Of a stretch of DNA of 64,000 nt, positions 37,083 to 46,682 are shown piece after piece. Made by a program: the position numbers and the translations under genes. The stretch is from Fistulifera solaris (Eukaryota). The stretch is from the NCBI GenBank assembly GCA_030295235.1, contig AP026143.1, forward strand, positions 1-64,000, in the 5' to 3' direction. The notes under the pieces were generated by a model. That model had not been told where the DNA came from. It searched no databases and saw only the letters and a list, made by a program, of their open reading frames with translations. The first letter of the stretch is position 1, and each line of letters opens with the position of its first letter.

Positions 37083-38944
37083 TTACTCAAATTTATCATC
37101 TTCGAACTCGGACAAATCGCCGCGCAAGGAGGCTTCGTATTCCGCGACCGAATCAGTACGCTTGTCGATCCATTCCTGAATTTCAAAAATGTCGCCGTCC
37201 AACAACACAAGCTCCCATCCCTCAAGAATGCGCGGAAGCAAGTGTGTGCGTGCCGTAATGCACAACATCGTCATCATGGGAAATGCCACGGCGATCGTCT
37301 TGAAATTTCGTACAAAAAAAGATGAGACCGAAAAAGAAAATTTACATGTGAACAAATGAATGCGGCTCTTTTCCATGTACTTGGTGTAAGGGGTCTCGAG
37401 ATATTTGCTCGGTTGCTGAAAGAGGAGCAAAAGCCAACTCCAAAATTGAACGTTGGGTAACGCAGCAAACGCCATGAACAAAAACACTCCGTTCAGGACG
37501 GGCAACGGTAAAAGCTTGAGAAGGTTCAAAGCCAGGAGTGAAAAGCCGACCATCATGTGCGAAAAGAGCATGGTAAGACGAGTCTCTTGAACGTAAAGTA
37601 CTTTGCCGTTCTGGTCCTTTTCGGAGAGCGAGTTCAAGTGCACGATGCATTTCACAGTTGTAGCGACCAACCACGGTAGACCCAACACGCCGTTTACAAA
37701 GTTGAAGCAACCTGACAGAAACAAGTCGTAGTTGAATGCTTCACCATGTTGCACGTTATTACTTTTGTGCATGATCAAGTGCCAGTTGATGCCGTTGTCA
37801 AGGTACAAAGGAAGAATGCCAGCACCGCAGGACCAGCAGCGCGATCGGAACCCAGACTTTCCCGTTGGTGTTGCGTACATCGACTACCCATGACCGAACA
37901 CCAGCGCGCTCCGCCTGATTGTGACAGTCATCAGGAAAACGTAGGGTGCAACTTGCATCACAGCATTGATAGGTCGGTTCGAACTGGTCAGGGACCGCCA
38001 AGCTGGCGACCTCGACGTCCTTGAAGATGACGTTGCTTACGACTGTCCACAAAACGGCGGAGAACGTTACAGAGAAGTCATGGATCGAACTGCGAATGGT
38101 GCCGCTGCAGAAGAAGGACGGGGTTTTGAAGCTGCGAAGGTAGAAGATCAACCAGGTAGTTCCGAAGCCCAAAATCACACCCAACAGCGCGACCTGAAGG
38201 AAATCGTAATCATCGTCTTGCTCTTTGTGAGTCTTGTGGTTCGGATCAAACGGCCAGAGTGAACCATCCGACCCGCCGAATGGATCACCAACAGCTTTGA
38301 TAACGTAGATACTGACAATCAAAAAGGCAAAATGTCATCTGTAAACCGCGTCGCTAGGCGAACCAGACGCGTAAACCAGCATCCACACACTGACCCAGGC
38401 ATAGAAAGTGTAGAAGGGAATGTCCATGTTCTTCGACATGTCATACAAAACCGTGGTGAACGCGAGGACCGGACCAGTTGCTCCAATGATACAAAGCGGC
38501 ATTCCGCCGATCAAGGCGTAGGCAGCCCACCCAGGCTTTTGCGAGGACAGTTTCAATGGCTCCAATGTGGCTTTCCGTGGCGGTACTGTAGGAGGCAAGA
38601 AAACGCCATAGTAGGGGCGATGTCGGTAGTGAACATGAGCATCGAAACAGGAATTGTTTTCTGGTTAAAGTTGGTCATTTCTTGCGGTCGTGATGTAACG
38701 AGTCGGTGAGCGGCGTATTTTGTGCGAGCTTAACTCAACAACACACGTCTTTTGCTAAGGGCGTTTCACTTACCTCCCACCAGTGAGTACAGATTGTGCG
38801 TTTAAAGTCGGCAATGATTCCTTTTCCGAAGTAAGCGGGAGGATCCATGTGAATCTTTCCAGCGTCCGGAATCAGCTCCGCGTTTGACGGCATGCGCTTC
38901 ACTGTTGGGCAACCATTTTCAATGTCGTTCGACTCGGGCGGCAT
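37083..38944 (-). pseudogene. SLC4: SLC4-family transporter, copy 3 (diverged and multiply disrupted)
   Basis: Same exon 1 and intron position as copies 1 and 2. Split over at least 4 ORFs, lacks the FLCSFFDLTR segment near 38368, and has substitutions such as ATTVPC to ATTVKC. Confidence 0.7.
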
Positions 38945-39577
38945 CTTGGTTTGACTGGAGGTTCATGAAACGGATCGTTACCGAAAGATGAATATTCTGT
39001 TTTGTGAGCGTGTTGTTTGCGGATGTTTGTTCGGGTCAAAACGCGTATCAAACTTCATGCCACGCCAGCGCATGGTGCGGTTCCTTGTAAAGGATCACGT
39101 CATAATTTCTTGTTGTGTCTCACCTCCTTAGTTTTCGATGCTTCGTGTTTTGCTTCGTAAAAACGCTTTGGGGAAGAGTTGATGTTCGAAAATTCCTGAT
39201 TGGTCGATAGAAGGGATTTTCTTCTACATTTTCTGAGTTGAACTTCTGGATACAACTCCTATTTACGAAAGCCACGTCAGGTAATTGTGGCTCGTTTTGG
39301 ACTGTCGAGTTGTTTGTACTCTTTCAGAAATCGTTATTGACACGACACACGACCCACTGTCGATCGTACGAAATTATTCGAAAGGCCTTTTTGTCATCGG
39401 GTCATTCTTTTTTCTTGATCCGTTTTATTCGTGACTCACCCTTTGTTTCGTGGCTCGTTGTCACACGTCACAACGATCGACACACAATGAGAAAATAATG
39501 AGCCAGCACAAGAAAAACAGACTGTTTGACATGACAATCATGCCACAAATACCTCGTTCTAATCAGCAAGTTATCAA

Positions 39578-41278
39578 ATGAAGCTTCTTAATAGACTTAT
39601 ACTCATTGCGGGAAGCGCATCGGCGTTTGTGGCGGTCCAGCCGATGCGGACAAAATCGAATGTCGGCTTGTGGGCCTCGAAAGAGACGCATATTGTGGTC
39701 GTCGGCGCCGGTTGGGCGGGTTGGGGCGCCGCCAAAGCCGCCTGTGAAGCCGGTGCTCGTGTCACGTTAATCGATGCGCTGCCGGATCCGCGCATTCCTT
39801 ACTTGTCCTTGACGGGCAAACCCGTCGAAGCTGGAACACGAGGATTTTGGAAAGATTATCCCAACATACAAGCACTGTGTCGGCAACTGAATTTACAGCC
39901 GTTTACACCCTTCACCAACAGCTCGTTTTATTCTCCCGACGGCTTGGAAGCGACGGCTCCCGTCTTTAGCGAGAGTGGAATACCTGTGCTGCCGTCTCCA
40001 CTGGGACAAGTGTTGGCGACCTTTCCCTTATTTGAACGAATTCCCCTGCAAGATCGTGCCAGTATGGTCGGATTGCTGCTTGCGACGGTCGATTGTTTGG
40101 GGAATAGTAACAATGAAAAAGTTATGGAAGCATACGATCGTATGACCGCGCACGATTTGTTTTTGCGGTTCGGTTTGAGTGATCGATTGGTGCGAGACTT
40201 TATCAAACCGACCTTGTTGGTCGGATTGTTCAAACCTCCGGAAGAATTGAGTGCATTGGTGGTCATGGAACTGCTGTATTTCTATGCACTGGCACATATG
40301 GATAGTTTTGATGTACAGTGGATCCGAAATGGAACTGTGGCGGATAGTCTGTTGGGACCTTTGGCGACGCACTTGGAGAGCAACTACAATATCACGTTTC
40401 TGAGTCAAACTCGCGTTGAAACAATCGCCGTCGATCCTAAGACGCAATGTGTAAGCTCCATCACACTTCAAAATGGAACGAATGGTCAAAAGAAAGGAAA
40501 TGTCACCACACAGACGTTGACCGATATGGACGGGGTCGTATTAGCGCTGACGTCAAAGGGGATGCAAAGCGTCGTTTCCAAAAGTCCCGATTTGGCCAAA
40601 CACAACATGTTCAGTCAAGCCGCATCGTGTCCGGGCATCGATGTGATATCCGTTCGACTGTGGTTCGATCGCATTGTACCCACTCGCACTCCGGCCAACG
40701 TCTTTTCACGCTTCGAAGGGCTCCGTGGAGCCGGTGGTACATTCTTCATGCTGGATCAATTTCAAAATGAACATCAGCGCGAACTGTGGGGTCCCGATAA
40801 TAATACAACAACACAGGGATCCGTGGTGGCTTGCGACTTTTACAATGCCGGTGGTCTGATGCATTTGCCGCAAGAGGAACTGGTCCGTCTTTTAACTCAG
40901 GATTTGTTACCAGCGGCCGTACCCGCCTTTGCCCAAGCCCGGCTCGTTGATTCTTGGGTAGGAAAATATCCAACTGCCGTGTCATGGTTTGCGCCCGGAT
41001 CCTTTTCGAAGCGACCCACGCTGCACACTCCCATTGTCAATTTGAAATGCGCCGGAGACTGGGTTCGACTCGGCGACCGTGAGCACGGTGCGAAAGGGTT
41101 GTGTCAAGAACGGGCATTGGTGACGGGCTACGAAGCCGCCAACGCTTTATTGCGCGATTTCTCGGATTTGAAACCTCACGTCGTTTTGCCAGTAAGGGAG
41201 GACGAAGCCCAATTTCGCGCGGCCGTGGCACTGAATCAACAGGTGATGCGGTTCTTGTCTCGATTTTGGGTACGTTAA
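39578..41278 (+). CDS. Plastid-targeted FAD-dependent oxidoreductase (amine oxidase/carotenoid desaturase superfamily)
   Basis: Intact 566-aa ORF with signal peptide + ASAF motif, Rossmann motif VVVGAGWAGWGAA, VEAGTRGFWKDYPN, and C-terminal AGDWV...CQERALVTGYEAAN. Confidence 0.85.
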   Translation: MKLLNRLILIAGSASAFVAVQPMRTKSNVGLWASKETHIVVVGAGWAGWGAAKAACEAGARVTLIDALPDPRIPYLSLTGKPVEAGTRGFWKDYPNIQALCRQLNLQPFTPFTNSSFYSPDGLEATAPVFSESGIPVLPSPLGQVLATFPLFERIPLQDRASMVGLLLATVDCLGNSNNEKVMEAYDRMTAHDLFLRFGLSDRLVRDFIKPTLLVGLFKPPEELSALVVMELLYFYALAHMDSFDVQWIRNGTVADSLLGPLATHLESNYNITFLSQTRVETIAVDPKTQCVSSITLQNGTNGQKKGNVTTQTLTDMDGVVLALTSKGMQSVVSKSPDLAKHNMFSQAASCPGIDVISVRLWFDRIVPTRTPANVFSRFEGLRGAGGTFFMLDQFQNEHQRELWGPDNNTTTQGSVVACDFYNAGGLMHLPQEELVRLLTQDLLPAAVPAFAQARLVDSWVGKYPTAVSWFAPGSFSKRPTLHTPIVNLKCAGDWVRLGDREHGAKGLCQERALVTGYEAANALLRDFSDLKPHVVLPVREDEAQFRAAVALNQQVMRFLSRFWVR

Positions 41279-41485
41279 CAACTGGCGGTTGATAGCATTA
41301 GCCACTGAACATCATTAAAGGAGCTTTAAAAATCATAAAGTAAAGAATAAACAATGCACTGAAGAAGCCGTTTTAGAAGTATTATCAGTTTAATTTGATT
41401 AATGTTGGAAAGAATAATGATTGTATATTGATGGACGTGAACAAGACCGAGTAAAACTTGATAGAAAAAAGCTCCATAATTCTGG

Positions 41486-43099
41486 CTATCTCTCTGTCGC
41501 CACAGCTGAATCCTCTTTACGCTTCATATCAAACCCCAACCAATTCATGACTTGCTCTAAAATGACTTGCCGTGCTCGCTGTATATGGATGTCATCCGTA
41601 CCCTTCGGCGGGTGCGTCCAATAGTGATGACTGGCACCCGGTACAGAATGAAAGGGCTGATGATTCGGCGGTGGATGTTCCGGCCGAAATGCTAATGTCG
41701 TCCAAGGATCTTCCGTTCCCGTCACACTGAGCACTCTCGTAGCAGACATGTCATAGCCCCCATACCGATTGTTGGTAGCGTCGACGTTGTCGCCTACATT
41801 GGTGATATTGAATGCAACACGACATATTTCCAGATCTTGTTCGAGCGGGTGCCATCCTCTGCCATAAGGACACTTCGTATCGGGTAAACAGGTTTGATAG
41901 TACCCAACTTCGGTACATGTTTGCCATAGCCACGACCGCCAATCTTCGTCGGGTTGTGACAATTGATGCAACGTTTCATTCCAATCCAGTACGATACAAT
42001 CACTTTCACGACTCGATTGGAGACGCATCGTACGCGACAACCACGCCAAGGCCGACCACTCAGCGCCTTGTACCGCACGTGACACCAAGACATCACACAC
42101 TTTGGCAATGTTGCAAAATTCGTCCGTACAGGCCGGATCATTTCCTTGGACGTCCCATTGAATAACCCCGTCTCCCAAAAAAAGTTGCACGTTTTTTGTT
42201 TCCAACAAACTGTCGACATCACAGAGTTGAAATTCCGTGGCCAGCAAGCCATGATAGTCGGGTTGCAACACCAAATGATTCAACTGGGCATGACCCTCTA
42301 CAAAAACGTCATAACAGGCCGAGGAACCACCCAATTGTTCATTTTGCAAATTGGCTCCCACTGCATCATTGTACGAAATCATGTTGAGTGTGGCTTGAAC
42401 CGGCGCGGAAGAACTCACGGCGGCCGAAACCAGATGAGGAAACTTCAGGCGCAACAGAGCGGATAAATATCCTGGATAACTCGCGCCGAACGTGACGACG
42501 GTGGCATTCGGCATTTGTTGCTGCAAAAAGTAGGCCGCATCGTGCAAGGCTTGATCACTGGACAAGTACCGTAACTTGTCGTTGGTGTAATAATAATTGT
42601 CAGAAAAGGGCTGCGATGTTCCGTAAAAACGATGTTCGAGGGCGTACAAATGAATGTTGACATTCCATGTTTCGTGCAAATATTGGGCGGTATATAGCAT
42701 ATCACCGGAGCAATGCACACTGTCGATTAATACGGAAGCATCGAGCGGAGGTCCTTCGCCTCCGACGCACAAGAACGTGTATTCCGCAGCATCTGCTTCC
42801 ATTTTTGCTTGCCGTCTTGTCTCCTTCACCGAGTCATCATCGTATTTTCGAACATATCGATCGGAATAAAAGTAACGTTGCTGCCATGTACGAGTATCTT
42901 GGTGCTGAAAATGATCTAAATATTGCGTGAAATACAATTCTTGCACGTCCGACGTAGTTGGAAGAGGCTTCGTATCATCAATTGACGATAAGGATCGCGA
43001 CGAAAGCACCTCGACCGCGCGGAATCGAGGAATCGCTATTGTTGTTTCCAACCCGAATAGTAGAGCAATAAACACGACAGCATACTGCTTTAGTTGCAT
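41486..43099 (-). CDS. Serine carboxypeptidase family S28, secreted or lysosomal
   Basis: Signal peptide; FTQYLDHF, WQQRYF, GGEGP, ALEHRFYG, LSSDQALHD, FGASYPG (nucleophile), SWLWQTCTEVG, DPW, GASHH. Confidence 0.92.
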   Translation of the reverse strand: MQLKQYAVVFIALLFGLETTIAIPRFRAVEVLSSRSLSSIDDTKPLPTTSDVQELYFTQYLDHFQHQDTRTWQQRYFYSDRYVRKYDDDSVKETRRQAKMEADAAEYTFLCVGGEGPPLDASVLIDSVHCSGDMLYTAQYLHETWNVNIHLYALEHRFYGTSQPFSDNYYYTNDKLRYLSSDQALHDAAYFLQQQMPNATVVTFGASYPGYLSALLRLKFPHLVSAAVSSSAPVQATLNMISYNDAVGANLQNEQLGGSSACYDVFVEGHAQLNHLVLQPDYHGLLATEFQLCDVDSLLETKNVQLFLGDGVIQWDVQGNDPACTDEFCNIAKVCDVLVSRAVQGAEWSALAWLSRTMRLQSSRESDCIVLDWNETLHQLSQPDEDWRSWLWQTCTEVGYYQTCLPDTKCPYGRGWHPLEQDLEICRVAFNITNVGDNVDATNNRYGGYDMSATRVLSVTGTEDPWTTLAFRPEHPPPNHQPFHSVPGASHHYWTHPPKGTDDIHIQRARQVILEQVMNWLGFDMKRKEDSAVATER

Positions 43100-43456
43100 T
43101 GTTTTACTTTTCTGTGTCAAGGGAAACGATATTAACGCTAAAGTAAAAGAAATGGAATGCAAATGGAGTGCGAGCTTCTTGCGAAAAAACCCGCTGCGTA
43201 TACTTTTCCAGTCATGCAGATTTAAGTCACGAATAATTTTACCGCATTTTATTCTAAAGCTTACGGCTCCCTCTGCAGCACAAAATCAACCAATTTTAGG
43301 CTCTGTCAACAATAACCCGAGTCCGCTTTTTTCTATTTTTCAAGTCGTGGCGTCGAGAGGCGCTGGAATATCTAGTTTCTACTGTAAAAAATGATTTCTC
43401 GTCGCAAATTTGTCGTAATGTTTATCTTAAAAACAAGTTAATATGATCAGCTAAAT

Positions 43457-44011
43457 CTACTTGTTCATAGCACTACAAAGACTTGTTCTTCGTTGGGGCT
43501 TCAATGGCATTGTCCATTCCGAAGAAGAGCTAGGATCCAAGATATCGGAGGAATGCACCCATCGATGACCGTCCATCAAGGCTGGCGGTTTGTTTTGTCG
43601 TGGCGTCGTAAACTGGTCCTTCATAAAAACAACGCACTGGTTTTCATTATCGTCTTCCTCGAGCAGACTCCTCCTTGTCGCCATCGGTTTACCAAAAATC
43701 GAATGTTCGGAAGAAGTACTGTGATTACTCGGATCCGTGTTCGTCAACATGGATGCCGAGTCACTCGAATGCAGTGACGAAGAGGACGTGTACTTGCTGA
43801 AATAGGACGACTGGTTGGACAGCGCATTCCTTTTACCTATGGAAGGCGAGCCGACTTCTCGCGACGAGGAAGATGCTTGAAGGGTCGCATTCTTGTCACA
43901 GCAACCATTGTATTCACCACTGCTCACTTGACGCTGTGGTATCGACGGTGGTAATAAATCCGAAGAATGAATGTCATGATAAAGATGAGAAGAAGAAAAT
44001 GAAGCTTGCAT
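43457..44011 (-). CDS. Hypothetical Ser-rich protein with a C-terminal PxxPxRxxS motif
   Basis: 184-aa ATG ORF of low complexity ending MPLKPQRRTS. Confidence 0.55.
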   Translation of the reverse strand: MQASFSSSHLYHDIHSSDLLPPSIPQRQVSSGEYNGCCDKNATLQASSSSREVGSPSIGKRNALSNQSSYFSKYTSSSSLHSSDSASMLTNTDPSNHSTSSEHSIFGKPMATRRSLLEEDDNENQCVVFMKDQFTTPRQNKPPALMDGHRWVHSSDILDPSSSSEWTMPLKPQRRTSLCSAMNK

Positions 44012-45181
44012 GGTGATGAATTGTGTTGGGTTGTAAATCGATGCAGCAAAACATTTTAATGGTGTCCGCTCTCGTTCTTCTGGGCGTTTTGCTTCTCGTC
44101 ACCTCGCGGATGGCACTTTGCAACAAAACATACAAATGGAAAGCGAACGCAGAAAGCAACTGTGTATCAAGGGCATTGGTTATTATGGAATGTACAGACG
44201 CACTCGAAACAAATCCGAAAGGCATGAGGGCCAAAACGTTTGCTTCGGCTTAAGGCTTCGATGAACAATGAACTATAGCATTTAGTGTACATCGGGCTTT
44301 AGACATCTCCGCCAAATGCCGCCAACGCGAATGACAATAATACAAACATCCGATAGCCTAGGAAATGTGCATCATCCTTGTAAAGTAGTTTTCCGCGGGC
44401 AAGTGGTCTCTTGCCCGTTTACAGATGGCGGTCAGCTGTCAGCTCAAGAACATCTATTGCGTCCTTAGTCCTTAATAGATGATGGTTTTACGATCAGACA
44501 ATAGTGATAGCTGGGGATTAATGATCTATTATCTATTCTATCAGCTATCAATTATCAACCATGATTAGAAATAGCCCCGCCATGAATCAGAAATAGCCCC
44601 ACCATGCACCCATCATCTTATCCTCCTCAAGGGAAAATCGGAAGCTGCACCGCCTCGATAAAAATGAAAAATGTGGGGTTTATTATTTTTGAATTACTCT
44701 TTCCTGAGCAGATGGTTGCAAAACAAGGCTTTTCTTTGAGGCTTAGAAGGCATCGAAAGCTCGGAAGATGTTTCGCGATTTTGTAGCGCAAAAAAAACTA
44801 TTCTTTGACCATCGGCTCTCATCGTCCAAATAGGGTTATGTCGGTCGATGTCGCATATTATTGTTTTGTTACTCTCTTGTAAGCGGCGTGGGAGCAAAGA
44901 TGCCTCGATGTTGGAGTTCACTTTTGGCTCTTGGTCAGGCGCGGACATATTAAACTTTATCATTTCTCTACAGCCGGGTGTTTCCTATTTCCTGTCTTGG
45001 TTATCCGTATTTTGGATTCTGCATCCAGTTTTTAATCGTTAGAGCCCTCAACCCTCAAGACTCTAGTGAAGAAAAGTCTCTTTTACGATTCAAGGTTCTC
45101 GTATGTCGCATTGTCATCCGTCCTTGTCAATGGGCAGCGTGGTACTGGTTGGCGATGTGCGTTTGACACAGCACTACTTGT

Positions 45182-45349
45182 ATCATTATATGATATTCGG
45201 TAGCGACGATTTCTTCTAGCGCAGGTAGAGAGACCTAGTGTTCCACTTTTGGCTTTTTAAAAGCACCATCACTATACGATATCCGGTAGCGACGATTTCT
45301 TCTAGCGCAGGTAGGAAGACCTAGTGTTCCACTTTTGGCTTTTTAAAAG
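45182..45349. repeat. Two-copy direct repeat, 82-bp unit, period 86
   Basis: 45182-45263 and 45268-45349 share GGTAGCGACGATTTCTTCTAGCGCAGGTAG..AGACCTAGTGTTCCACTTTTGGCTTTTTAAAAG. Confidence 0.9.
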
Positions 45350-45384
45350 TAGCTAGGATGTTAACTAACTAACTAATACTTTCT

Positions 45385-46020
45385 CTACACTAAGAATTCG
45401 GAGCTGATAGTTCGCTTTGGCATAGAAGGCATGTGAACTTCTGATAGAACTTGCTTTAATCGCAAGGACCCCGTTGAGTCGTAACCTGAGCTGAGCCATC
45501 GTGTTTGAGGAAGACTTGAATGCTTCCTATCGGAGGTGGTTATGCTTTGCGAGAAGTCAAAGTCCATAGATGAATCGAGGAGTAACACTTCGACTTGTTC
45601 CAACGTCTTTTTGAGTTTTGAAGAATCTTTCGAAAAGAAAATATTCTTACGATCGGGAGGATTCGAAATGACAGGTGTTGTCATATCGTCGCCTTTATCA
45701 GTAATGTGATTCGAAACTTGGCAGTCCCTGGGTTCGGGAAACGACGCATTGTGCGTAGACCCTCGTATACTGCGTCGACGAACGGGCTTCGACGGCATGC
45801 TGTCAATAGATAAAACAGAATCTTTCGACAGATCCTGTAGCAGGAGGCTCTTCTTGGATCGTGTCGCTGGTGAAAGAACATTGTCAAACGCCTTTAACTT
45901 GGTTAGCATAATGCTGGACCCGCTTTTTGATGGAGGAGTTCCCGGTGTTGTAATTTCTTGGCGCTGCGAAGGAATGCTTCCGCTTCCGTTCTCGGTTTGT
46001 TTGTCATTAACGCTCTTCAT
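45385..46020 (-). CDS. Hypothetical Ser-rich protein with PxxPxRxxS motifs
   Basis: ORF from MKSVND containing MPSKPVRRRS and MPSMPKRTIS; two CRE palindromes upstream. Confidence 0.55.
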   Translation of the reverse strand: MKSVNDKQTENGSGSIPSQRQEITTPGTPPSKSGSSIMLTKLKAFDNVLSPATRSKKSLLLQDLSKDSVLSIDSMPSKPVRRRSIRGSTHNASFPEPRDCQVSNHITDKGDDMTTPVISNPPDRKNIFFSKDSSKLKKTLEQVEVLLLDSSMDFDFSQSITTSDRKHSSLPQTRWLSSGYDSTGSLRLKQVLSEVHMPSMPKRTISSEFLV

Positions 46021-46682
46021 CTTGACGCCTTCGGTGCCGCACAATTCCCTACTGTAATCTTGAATTTTTTCCTGATCGATAGCAAATATAAAGAATGCAA
46101 TGCTAGTAAAATGAAACAACGGTGATATTATGAATCATTTCTTGACAGCCATCAAAAGCTGGTTTCCTCTTTTTACAGAAGGGCGATGACCGCGGTGAGT
46201 CAGTGTGTGATGATTCAGAAACTGGCTCTCGGTGGTTCTTTATAGAATCTTGCTTTCCTTAACAATCGAATACCAGTGTCACAAAAGCCACCCAATGGCC
46301 GGAGACAAGTGGGATAGTCTGACGTCAATAAGATTATTTGTTCGTTGTAGTCCGGACGCGAATCTTTCGAACGATTTGTAGTCCCTGCCAATCAAAAGCA
46401 GTCTCGAGTTGACGTCATTCGTCATTTCCAGAACGTTCCATTCCTCGCGCCACACGTCTCATCGCCGTCATGAACGTCAGAAAAACAGCTAGGGTGACTT
46501 CGTAAGTTTTAGAAGTGGACAACAGCTGAAAGGCGAATAGATGAAAGACGGATTGGATGAATTTTCTTAGCCAAATCAAAAAATACTAAGCTCTAGTATC
46601 TATTTGCTGACTGCTCCACCAACTACGGTCGTCCTGCCAAATTTAACCATTCAAATTTTTACTTTATCTGTCTTTGAATCCT

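Noticed and set aside
21241..41278. Carbon-metabolism gene cluster (PFP, MFS, SLC4s, plastid oxidoreductase)
   Set aside because: Unrelated genes are interspersed, and proximity in a compact genome is not evidence of a functional cluster.
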